A stretch of DNA of 64,000 nt from Octopus vulgaris (Eukaryota). The notes under the pieces were generated by a model that had not been told where the DNA came from, did not search any database, and saw only the letters and a program-made list of their open reading frames with translations. The stretch is from positions 72,726,001 to 72,790,000 of the forward strand of contig OX597828.1 of NCBI GenBank assembly GCA_951406725.2, written 5' to 3'. Position 1 is the first letter of the stretch; each line of letters opens with the position of its first letter. Position numbers and translations under genes: made by a program. Shown here piece after piece: positions 25,998-36,990 of the stretch.

Positions 25998-27159
25998 TAA
26001 ATGAAACCCTATCAATATATTCGGTCGATGCAATCGACAAAACTCTTTAACTATAAACGCTTTAATTTGCGTCATCAGATCTAAATCTTTAATATTTATT
26101 AAGTAATCTTGATATAAGAATGCAATTAGATAAATAAAAGAAAAACCTCGTACAGAGCAACGTTGAACACAAAATATTCATGTCAAGTCCCATGCGGAGA
26201 TCACAATTTCGGGGTTATGAATGTCGTCAACTATGACAGCAGAATGGGACATGTATCTCCCCTTCGTCAGTTACGAACCCTAAACCTGTTATTCCCATGA
26301 ATATGTTTGGTGATATATATAAAATTTGGTGAGGTTAGAATCAAATAAATAATGTGGCACAAATTAGCGTTAAATATATATATATATTTGATTAGCGCGC
26401 TTGTGTATATTCGCACGGGATAAAACATTAATATCCCACTCTGGGTTGTCCTTGTTTGCCTTTATACGAGTTCTCACCTTTGCAAACATTTACATAGGTC
26501 TTGGTTTAAGGATAAATTCCTCACACCCACCCCGCTCATTCCTACAGGGTTTGAAGGAGGCCATTGGCACTGCTTTTCCTCCCGTAGCTAAGCAATAAAA
26601 ATACTGCAAGCAAAGTTTGTTTGAAGTTTTATCTGGGTAGGAAATTATTTTTTAAGATGTTGCACAATTAAATAAATGGAAATCTAAATCAACATAAAAA
26701 CCTGATAATTATTTTGAGTTTAATTAGGTAATGGGGAAAGAACGGAAATCCAAATCTAAGCTAAAAACAAAAACAAACCCCACGAATCTCTGGGGATGTG
26801 GAGATGTGAAAATAATACAGATATTTATTCAGTGCCAGAATATCTTAATGAGGAAATAAAAATTACACCTGAGACATTCAAAGCTAGTTCTACACGGGAA
26901 ATGGAATACAACTTATTAAAACCAGGAGGTCTTTTATTTGAAGTTTCTGAAATTCACATGTCAGCAAGAACATTATGGTGAGTGCAAAATATAAATTACC
27001 TTAACAGCTAACTATTAGCTCGTATAGCTTATCATGTTTACCGCTAACTTGGGTAATAGATGCGTGGATATGTGTGTCCATATGTGTGCGCGTGTGTGTG
27101 TGTGTTATATCCTATTCGTATCATATTTACCCTTCGACCTCTTCCTGCTTTATTTACAG

Positions 27160-27165
27160 GTGTAC
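27160..27165 (+). other. Candidate 6-nt microexon (GTGTAC)
   Basis: Context ccttcgacctcttcctgctttatttacAG|GTGTAC|GTAAGT has a polypyrimidine tract, CAG acceptor and consensus donor, and the length preserves frame. No host gene is visible. Confidence 0.3.
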
Positions 27166-27240
27166 GTAAGTCAGCTTGCTTGTGTTTATGTAATATGGTT
27201 TGACTATTTCCTCATGGTTATTAATGTTTGCGTTGAATGA

Positions 27241-27870
27241 GATCTAAAGACGCTGGATCGCCGTTTCTTGTCAGAATTTCTTGGCAGTTCCAATGCTTTG
27301 TTGATTTATTGTTTTTGTCGAAAATATGATATGTTAGCAAGTTCGGGACAGTTCCGACAACCAGACGATTCTATTGCACAGATCGATTCACCATTTTCGA
27401 CAGTGTGGAGCGGAGTCTTCTGACTATGGCGAAGGAAATTCTACGTGCCATAAAGGTTACTAATGCCAATGCTGAAGAAGATCTAAAGACGGTCGATGAC
27501 CATTTTCTTGTCAGAATTTCCTGGCAGTGCCAATGCTCTGTTGATTTATACTTTTATGTCGAATATATTTTAACAAGTGTGTCACAGATCCGACTCCCAG
27601 ACGATTCTATCGCGGAGATAAATTCACCATTTTCCTTTGACAAGGAGGAGCGGACAATCTTCCTCTGACATTTAACGAAGGAAATTCCATGTGGAACAAA
27701 GGTTTAAGGACAATGATTATATTCTTAGGTCAAGCTTTTATCAATTTCTTGAAGTACTTCATCAAGATGAAAGTCAGATGAGAGGAGGTGAGAGACGCTG
27801 TTCTGCAGTAAATTTTACAGGAAGTCGGTGCAAGTGGAAGGATTAACCACTTGAAATGAATCCACGCTAA
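27241..27870 (+). mobile_element. About 239-bp tandem duplication lying in a probable decayed RTE-like reverse transcriptase fragment
   Basis: Units start GATCTAAAGACG at 27241 and 27480, and the duplication is clear. The RT-like remnants (SQIRLPDDSIAEI, KGLR.Q...IL, GRINHL) are weak and frameshifted. Confidence 0.45.
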
Positions 27871-27934
27871 CAAGAGGACCGAAGTTTAGTGATAAGAACG
27901 GTAAGATGACGTAGGAGATTGATATCTTATATTT

Positions 27935-28133
27935 TTCATCTATTACTTGTTTCAGTCTTAGACTGCGGCCATGCTGGGGCACTGCCTCGACGAGTTTAAG
28001 TCAAACTAATCGACCTCAGTAAGTTTATAAGCCTGGTACTTATTCTATCGGTTTTATGCCGAACCACCAAATTGCGGGAACACTAATACCGGTTGTCAAG
28101 AGGTGCTGGGGCACAAAAACACAAAAACACACT

Positions 28134-28135
<2 letters not shown>
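27935..28135 (-). mobile_element. SINE family B, 3' half
   Basis: ttacttgtttcagtc...gactgcggccatgctgg...gtacttattctatcgg...ccggttgtcaag. Confidence 0.8.
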
Positions 28136-28194
<59 letters not shown>

Positions 28195-28869
28195 TCCTCA
28201 TTATTGTTACGTTAGTGCATACTAGTTTAGTTAGCGGGTATTTTTTTTCAGAATGTTTAAGAGAAGATTTATTGATATGTTAACATGTGTATCTGTGTGT
28301 AGGTCAAGTATATAGAATAATTGACGGGGCGTCATGAGAACAAAGTGTGCGTTAAGTACATATTAAAATAGCAATGAAGTAGACAGTGAAGAGTCTATAG
28401 TGAGACGTTAGACGAATGTTCATAGACACAAGAATGAGAAATTTCCAGTTCGTAGTCAATTGTACACTGTAGCTGAAATACTGTATCAAGAAGTTGCGGC
28501 CATGATGCGGGAGCCGGTTGCGGTACATGTCGTACGCGGTACATGTCGTAAGTGAAGTTGTGGCTGTGATGCTGCTGCCTGAGTCACTTGCTACAGGAGT
28601 TCTCGCGGGTTGTATATTCGCTGTTGATCCATGGTAAAGTAATTCACGAACAGTGCAGTGTTAAAACCTGGGCGAGTTGCTGGTTGAGCTGTGTACGTAG
28701 AAATGATGTTGACGACGTTAAGAAGACAATGGCAGAAGAAAGTGATTCCCGTAATGCTGTTGGACGAAGTTGGAAAGTTTCAACGTGGATACTGGCTGTG
28801 TCTTGTGTGGTCAGTGGTTAGACCTTAAAAGGTCTGGCACCAAAGGCCAGTTAGCGGGTATTTTATTTT

Positions 28870-29190
28870 GATAGTTGGTGACAACAAATCCCCTCAAATC
28901 TCGAGAATCTCCCATTTTGATTCAAGCAGATTACAGGATGATGTTGTTTTGATATCGTCAATGCATCTTTCACTTCCAGTCTCTTCCGGTCTTTGAAGCA
29001 GCATTTTGGCTGTGGTACCAAATGCACCAATTACTACTGGAATAATTGTTGTTTTAGTTTTCCACAATCTCTTCAGCTTTCTCGTTAGATCCCGATATTT
29101 CTAATTTTTTTCTTCAAGTTCTTTGGCATCGACTCTATGATATTATTCTGTTTATTTGTTTTGTCGTCTATGACCATATTTGGTTTTCTT
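28870..29190 (-). mobile_element. Dong/R4-clade LINE 3' end (restriction-like endonuclease C-terminus), pseudogenised
   Basis: Minus-strand translation gives RKPNMVIDDKTNKQ (like RRPD.V..DK), then DAKELEEKN*KYRDLTRKLKRLWKTKTTIIPVVIGAFGT (like KE.EK..KY.DL..ELKRLW....IPIVIGALGT), ending ...ILEI* at 28894-28896. Confidence 0.82.
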
Positions 29191-29417
29191 CTTCTTCTTC
29201 TTCTTCTTCTTCTTCTTCTTCTTCTTCTTCTTCTTCTTCTTCTTCTTCTTCTTCTTCTTCTTCTTCTTCTTCCTCTTCTCCTCCTTCTACCGAAGTTGTC
29301 TTTGCCTATTTTATCCTCCCGGGGTCGAAAAAAATAAGTACCAGTCAAACACTGGGGTCAATGTTATCGACTAACCCCAACCCCGTACATTCTGGCCTTG
29401 TGCCCAAAATTTGAAAC

Positions 29418-29512
<95 letters not shown>

Positions 29513-29532
29513 GTAGTAGTAGTAGTAGTAAT
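29188..29532. repeat. (CTT)n run, SINE A 3' fragment (29290-29418), then (ATT)n/(AGT)n
   Basis: Visible directly in the sequence. Confidence 0.85.
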
Positions 29533-30039
29533 AGTTGGAGGAGGAAGAGGAGAAGGACAAGATTTATTACTTTCGAACTCACTGTCGTCGCCAACAAATC
29601 GAAGCAAAACGAGATAAAATTAAATAAAAAAACAAAAGCCCGAACACTGTTTGATGTTGTGATCTCCGTTCGGCTGCTGCTGATGAAGTTTATTTCGAAA
29701 CTCAAGGAATGGAAATTAAGAAACGTCAAAATATTTGTCTTATCTTTATTAATTGTATGATTTTTGCAAATCGATATTTTGTATATCAATCAGAATTGCA
29801 ATTATTAGTTGTTAGTTTTCACACCAATACATCTAATGATGTTTATTTAATCTGCAAGTGTTGATTCCGATATCGGGAAGATCTTTTCTCGGCAACTTCA
29901 CTACGTTACTGTGCGGCAAACGCAATGGATTTTACTCGGAAAGGTAAAGTGAGCCGACATCATACAACCGGTTTAACATCGATTTTCCGGACGCTTTGGT
30001 TGCAGAGCCATTGCGGACTTTACAACCAGGGAACGGTCG

Positions 30040-30191
30040 TGTCTTTGTGATAAGAAGTTTGTTTCCCAACCCCGTGGTTCCGGGTCCAGTCCCACTGCGC
30101 GCCACCTTGGGTAAATATCTTCCACTATTTCCATACGCCAACCAAAGTCTTGTGAGGGGATTTGGCTGACGGAAGCTGAAAGAAACCCTTC

Positions 30192-30227
<36 letters not shown>

Positions 30228-30725
30228 TAAATAAAAAAAATGAAGAAAAAACACACAAAAAAACAACAACACGAGGACATAGTACATGTAAAGTATTAGA
30301 AGACGCTCAGAAAAGGAAAGAAAGGTGGTTTAACGTTTCGAGCAAAGCTCTTCGTCAGAAACAGAGGAAAGTCCAATAGAAAAGGAAGACGGAGGAAGAA
30401 AATCACCAGCGATTCACATGTGGTTGCATTTTGAAATACACACACACAGACACACACACACACACGCATACATACACACACATGCGCACGCGCGCACGCA
30501 CACACATACATATATATATTTGTGTATGTATCTGTTTTTGTTTGTTGACCTGCGGTATCGATGGGCTTGTGTTTCGTCACTTAGCGGTTCGACAAAAAAA
30601 GATCGATAGAATAAGAACCAGGCTTCACAATGTCCAGAGTCGGTTCAATCGACTAAAAATTCTCCAAAGCTGTGGCCCAATATGGCCGCAGTTTAATGAC
30701 AGAAACAAGTAAAAGATAAAAAAAT
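30040..30725 (+). mobile_element. SINE family B interrupted in its internal microsatellite by a Penelope-like terminal fragment
   Basis: B 5' half at 30040-30192, (TA)n, foreign segment at about 30227-30440, then the B 3' half to about 30725. Confidence 0.8.
30328..30362 (-). ncRNA. Minimal hammerhead ribozyme motif (Penelope-type)
   Basis: Minus strand reads GTTT-CTGACGA-A-GAGC TTT GCTC-GAAA-CG-TT-AAAC: intact CUGANGA/GAAA core, 4-bp helix II, 4-bp helix I and a palindromic ACGT helix III. Confidence 0.6.
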
Positions 30726-31576
30726 AAGAGCTTTGCTAAAAATAGCAGCTAAATATACTTCAAATAATGTCCTACAACTTTAAAATAGGAAGGACATAAA
30801 ACAATAATTATGTCAGAAGGAAGATGTTCTGTGTGGTCATGCGGCTAGCTAGAAATAACAGCCGATACCGTCTTAAAAAAGGTGTTTGGTAGAAATTGCA
30901 GCCTAATATTCATTAAATACCTCCTTTTATTCTCTTAAAATGGATGAACGGTTATACTGAACAATCCTGTCCAACATATATAAAAGAGTTGGGATGGTCT
31001 CGGCTGGGACAACTTTGAATATAAGCTTGCTCCGGCAGGAGTAACTTAGGGTTAAAATGTACAAATAAGCAAAAACAAGGAAAATCACCAACGCCGCCAT
31101 CATCTTTATCATCATCCACACCACCACCAATGCCTCCGCCACCACACAGGGTCCGTCACAACCACCACGAAGAACAACGATGGCGATGATGCCGACGATA
31201 TCGACAACAACAACAACAACAACACCAACAGCATCAACAAAAGCAACATCAACCACTATCAGCACCGCCGCCAGCGCCAACGCTACCACACCTCTACCCC
31301 GCCACCATCATTGCACAATGGGCATCTTTTTCACTGAGTGATTGAGAGAAGATCTCAACATTCAGAATCTACGATCCGTCATCTGACGAATTATATATGT
31401 GTGTGTGTGTGTGTGTGGGGGGGGGTGTTTGTGTGTGTGCGTTGGTCTACTTATCTATATATCTATGTATGAGCAAAAGTTTAAACGTTATCTTGAAATG
31501 CTTTGTAAAAATAAACAAGCTGAAATGGATAACGTTTCCTAAATATTTCCAACAACACCACATTGGCTAATCTTAA

Positions 31577-31609
<33 letters not shown>

Positions 31610-31994
31610 TTTTAATGTAAGAGTTATTAATTAACAGTAATTTAAGCAGATGTATAAATATATCAGAGTAACTCTAGCATATAGAATAACGTAAAAAAAT
31701 GAGAAGTGTTTTTTTTTTTAAGAAAAAAACTATTTGTCCAAACAAGCCGACCAAATCTACAATCTTTCATAACGAGATTCTCTAAGTGAAATGCGAGTAA
31801 AACGGTTTCTGTTTTCAACACACATGCGTCGAAATTTTGGTGGAATTTCCATTACCATTTAAGGAAATGCACAGCGAAAACATGGAACTAGCCTCTCTGC
31901 AGAAGACCGGAATTGTATACGCAGGTGTACGCACATATGTGTAGTAGAAAACGCAGTCATATATTCTCTTGTATATGCGTATATTTTGGTAATC

Positions 31995-32109
31995 TTAGTG
32001 TGTGTGTGTGTGTATGTGTACGTATGTATTTGCATATGTATGTATATATATATATATATATATGTATATGTATGAATGTATATATTATATATACACACAG
32101 ACATATGTA

Positions 32110-32141
<32 letters not shown>

Positions 32142-32459
32142 AAATATTATATACGTACACAAACACATATAATATACATGCACAAACACACATATATATA
32201 TAACATATGCACACATACAGACATATATGTCTGGTGTGTGTGTGTGAGTGTATATACATTTGAATGCGTTTGGATGTGTATATAAGACATGTATAGCAGT
32301 ATCCATGTAACTGTTTTTCTATGAGGCGGTGCTTTATCTGTGAATAGCATTTTTTTTTCATGTCTGCCGAAGAAAAATAAAATAAATACAGACAGCAGTG
32401 TAAATTCATACATATGTATGCATATACATATACATACATACATACATACAAACATACAG

Positions 32460-32528
<69 letters not shown>

Positions 32529-32618
32529 TTCTTATTTAACTTTTTATTATTATTATTATTATTATTATTGTTATTATTATTATTATTATTATTATTGTTA
32601 TTATCATCATCATCATAA

Positions 32619-32679
<61 letters not shown>

Positions 32680-32701
32680 GTATATTATATTATATTATTG
32701 C

Positions 32702-32760
<59 letters not shown>

Positions 32761-32802
32761 GTATATATATTATATATATGTATGTGTGTGTGTGTGTGTG
32801 TG
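31995..32802. repeat. Compound (TG)/(TA)/(TACA)/(ATT) microsatellite block
   Basis: Visible directly in the sequence. Confidence 0.92.
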
Positions 32803-33663
32803 TAACTGAATAGTAACTTAACTAATGGAAGATCCACAAATATCTATAATGGCGAGATGGGAGAAAATACACGCTACAAAAACACAAAAATAAAATAATA
32901 AAATAAGATGATAAAGCTGAAAATAATGCAAAATCCTCGTTAAGAATGTCTCTCAACGGATAATGGTAAAAGGAAAAGGAGATGGAAAAAGCTGATCGCT
33001 GTTTGATCGATGGCTTGCGCTATTTAAGAAATCGATATAGTACATTATGTGTATAGGTGATACATAGTGTCATCTAACAGGACATGCTACAAGCGATTGA
33101 CATTACTCAGTTTTTTTTTCCTTGTTGTGTGTCTTTTTTTTCAGAATTACTTTGATTTACATTTTAAGCTGTACTTTTATCAGCTGTCTTACTTTCTAAT
33201 TCATTTCTATCACCCAGCGTTACTAATTGCAGTCAGCATGATCTTCATGTTTGTATCAAGGACATTTTTCATTGTAAGTTAAAAATATTGTATTCTATAT
33301 CGGAAGGTTAAACTACGTTTAGACGTTGACAAGTTTGTAGTTAGAATAATAAAAATAAGCACGTTACAACAGGCAGACTAAAATAAATGAAAAATGTTCT
33401 ATTTTTCTCTGTTTTTCTAGAAAGGAAATTTTAGAGTGTTTAAGGAAACATAACCGAATTAAGTTAATAATACTAAAATAACTCAGATAGTGATTTAACT
33501 GCGAAGAGAGGAAGTTGATTCGAAGTTGTTAAACCAACTTAAATACATTAAACTTCAGTCTTAGCAGTTATTTCTGATATATTCTTTTCTTAAAAACACA
33601 AGACGAAGAAAATTGTTGCATCAAATATATCAGATTCGCACAATGATTTTATAACGAAATAAT

Positions 33664-33878
33664 GGTCTGAAATTTTGGTACGAAGATAACAATTTCAGGG
33701 CAGTGAATAAGTCAATTACATTGACCCCCAGCTCTCAGCTGGTACTTACTTCATCGACCCTGAAAGTATCAAAGGCAAAGCTGACCTCGGCGGAATGTGA
33801 ACTCAGAACGTAAAAACTGACGGAACGCCGCTAAGGACTTTCGCTGGCGTGCGGATGATTCCGCTAGCTCACCGCCTT
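33664..33878 (-). mobile_element. SINE family A, full length
   Basis: Head, core and tail on the minus strand. Confidence 0.88.
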
Positions 33879-33883
33879 TATAA

Positions 33884-33932
<49 letters not shown>

Positions 33933-33934
<2 letters not shown>

Positions 33935-34431
33935 TAACGGTTGTTACTCCCTTAACGAGGATGTTCCGTACAGAACACAGTCCACTGTTACTACTGTTAA
34001 TAAATGAAAAATGTTCTATTTTCCCTTTTTTTCTAGAAAGGGAATTTTAGAGTGTTTACTACTCTTTTAACCCCAAGAGGGCATCTTCTCCGGATAGTTA
34101 ACGACACACTATCTGTATCCGTTATATTACAAACAGGAGAGCAAAGAACTACCATCTATCCGTGACAGGAATCAATAGACCAGCTTGTTTCTGGTTATTG
34201 CCCTTCATCAGTACTGGTTATACCTGTCTGCTTCACATGGCAATTGCTCCTCCTAATTTGCAAATATATAAATAAATAAGCGACACACAGTCACTGATCT
34301 TGCAACAACTAAAGTAGTTAGATCTGAAATCTTTATACGAGATGCAAGTAGTGACTCTACTGAAGACTAACGGCTGTTCCCATCTTAACGTATTGTCCCA
34401 CACAGAACATTGTTACCACTCTTTTTAACCC

Positions 34432-34432
<1 letters not shown>
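33933..34432 (-). mobile_element. Retrozyme- or Penelope-pLTR-like unit with terminal redundancy and an internal hammerhead, bounded by (TA)n
   Basis: Imperfect direct repeat TAACGG.TGTT...CTTAACG...CAGAACA...TGTTAC.ACTCTTTTAACCC at 33935-34074 (interrupted) and 34368-34431. Hammerhead at 34173-34216. Confidence 0.55.
34173..34216 (-). ncRNA. Type I hammerhead ribozyme motif with a GUC cleavage triplet (helix II partly decayed)
   Basis: Minus strand reads CAGTA-CTGATGA-AGGGCAATAACCA-GAAA-CAAGCTG-GTC-TATTG. Helix I CAGTA/TATTG pairs over 5 bp with one GU. Helix III is near-palindromic (AC-AAGCTG-GT). Confidence 0.6.
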
Positions 34433-34486
<54 letters not shown>

Positions 34487-34490
<4 letters not shown>

Positions 34491-34777
34491 GTTGTATACT
34501 GTCGACTTAATGTGACATTCCCATGAAGGGAATCACACTACTGCTATTTAGCCCTAGGAAGCAGCAACGCTTCCTCTCGGCCTTGACACATTTCCTGTGT
34601 CCCAGTCTCTGGATGCAGGCTTAGCTGGGTGGAGGTGCTTGTACCCCCCTTGTAAACATAAAGACACAGGAAATGTGTCAAGGCCGACAGGAGGCGTTGT
34701 TGCTTCCTAGGGCTAAATAGCAGTAGTGTGATCCCCTTCATGGGACTGTCACATTAAGTTGACAGTATACAACTACT
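34487..34777. mobile_element. MITE/foldback element with about 115-bp terminal inverted repeats
   Basis: Left arm 34487-34601 is the near-perfect reverse complement of right arm 34663-34777, with a 61-bp spacer. Sits at the edge of a (TA)n run. Confidence 0.9.
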
Positions 34778-34808
34778 CTATCGTACCACTACTGCATGTA
34801 TAGAAAGG

Positions 34809-34886
<78 letters not shown>

Positions 34887-34927
34887 CCTTTCTATACATA
34901 CATATATATATATATATATATGATGTA

Positions 34928-35308
34928 GAGGCGAAGTCGGCCAGTGGTTAGGGCAGTGGACTTGCGGTCGTATGATCGTGGTTTCGATTCCCATACCGGG
35001 TGTTGTGAGCGTTTATCGCGCGAAAACACCTAAAACTCCACGAGGCTCCGGCAGGGTGGGGTGGCGAACCCTGCTGTACTCTTTCACCACAACTTTCTGC
35101 CACTCTTTATTCCTGTTTCTGTTGTACTTTGTATTTCAAAGGGCTGACCTCGTGACGCATTGTCTCACGCTGAATCTCCCCCAGAACTACGTTTAGGGTA
35201 CACGTGTCTGTGGAGTGCTCAGCCACTTGCAAGTTAATTTCACGAGCAGGCTGTTCCGTTGATCGGATCAGCTGGGACCCTGGTCGTCGTAACTGACGGA
35301 GTGCCACG
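34928..35308 (+). mobile_element. SINE family C, full length
   Basis: Matches the reverse complement of 9272-9658 over its whole length. Flanked by (TA)n. Confidence 0.92.
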
Positions 35309-36258
35309 ATATATATATATATATATATATACGTATACATACTTGTTAATCCGAGGGGAGGCAATATGAGCTGCAACTAAAGGAACATTACAAAATCCAC
35401 AGAAAGATCAAAAACATACATATATTCATATATTCATTTATATCTACAGAACAGATATAAAGTCCGACGTTTAAAAATAAGTATATAAGTATATAAGAAT
35501 CAGTGTTGCATATATAACACACTGAATTTACGCTTAAAATCATAAAACATTTGATAAAAATTTGTTAAATTAAAAATTTGGGCGTGATAAAACATACAAT
35601 GACATATTAAAATGACGTATTAAAATTCCAGAAAAAATACATACACACAGACACAAATGCGTGTGTTTTGTTTGTTTGTGTGTGTGTGTGTGTCTTTGTG
35701 CGTGTAAAGGTGGATACCTACTCGAACGTTACTAAGGAATGAAACTGTTTTCAGTATATAATTGATTGCTACTGGTTCCGTTTCGCAGACAGACTAATTT
35801 CAATAGACTCTAACCGATTGTGCGTCACACACTCCCTTGGCATTGTCATCGTTATAAATTCAATAAACCAGTCACTAGTACATTGGAAATTCTAAAAACA
35901 CCGACGCTATTGTTCACGACTTGATCTATAAACCCTAATCGCAGTTATTTCCATTAAGAGATTGCATCTCTGGTATTGTACTCTATATATACGTGTTGCA
36001 CTTTCTTTCTGTATTCATTGTAAATATTTACAAACAATTAGTGAATCATTTTCTTAATTTACTTTACTTTGGATACGAATGGAAAAGCATCGAGCTAATA
36101 ATTCCCGAAGGTTATAACAGGTGACTGATATAATACAACCTGATAAAATATAGGTCTTCACTGATTTTAATGATTTAGTAGTTATTTTAATGGTTCTTTT
36201 GATTTATGTGAAATTTAATCGTTATTTTAATGGCTCAGTCTGACTGTCTCTGAAATTG

Positions 36259-36315
<57 letters not shown>

Positions 36316-36361
36316 GAAGTAATTTGCTTTCATGCGCAAATATTTACGAGGCACCTAGAGC

Positions 36362-36532
36362 AGGAAGCTGGCAGAATATTTGGCAGGCCGGGCAAAATTC
36401 CTTTACGGCATTTCGTCCGTCTTTACATTCTGAGTTCAAACTCCACTGAGGTCAATTTCGCATGTCAGTGTCAATGTAGTCGACTTATCAGTTCCCGGAA
36501 ATTGCTGGCTTTGTGTCAAAATTTGAAGCCGG
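36362..36532 (+). mobile_element. SINE family A with an internal deletion
   Basis: Head and tail are present, and most of the core is missing. Confidence 0.7.
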
Positions 36533-36589
36533 TATTTACAAGGCACCGTAGTGCCAGATGGTAGTCTTATATCATAGTTTTTTTTGTTT

Positions 36590-36990
36590 TTTTTTTTACT
36601 TGTTTCAGTCATTTTGACTGCGGCCATGCTGGAGCACCGCCTTTAATCGAGCAACTCGACCCCGGGACTTATTCTTTGTAAGCCCAGTACTTATTCTATC
36701 GGTCTCTTTTGCCGAACCGCTAAGTGACGGGGACATAAATACACCAGCATCGGTTGTCATGTGATGTTGGGGGGACAAACACAGACACACACATGCATAT
36801 ATATATATATATATATATACATATATACGACGGGATTCTTTCAGTTTCCGTCTACCAAATCCACTCACAAGGCTTTGGTCGGCCCGAGGCTATAGTAGAA
36901 GACACTTACCCAAGGTGCCACGCAGCGGGACTGAACCCGGAACCATGTGGCTGGTAAACAACCTATTACCACACAGCCACTCCTGCGCCT
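36590..36990 (-). mobile_element. SINE family B, full length (tRNA-like head, CORE-like CCTTGGGYAAGTGTCTT, internal microsatellite)
   Basis: Reverse complement of 46338-46737. Confidence 0.92.

Noticed and set aside
33145-33273. Possible 129-nt plus-strand exon (ttttcAG ... GTAAGT)
   Set aside because: The frame is open, but the peptide is T-rich and low complexity (F/Y/L/I) with no homology signal.
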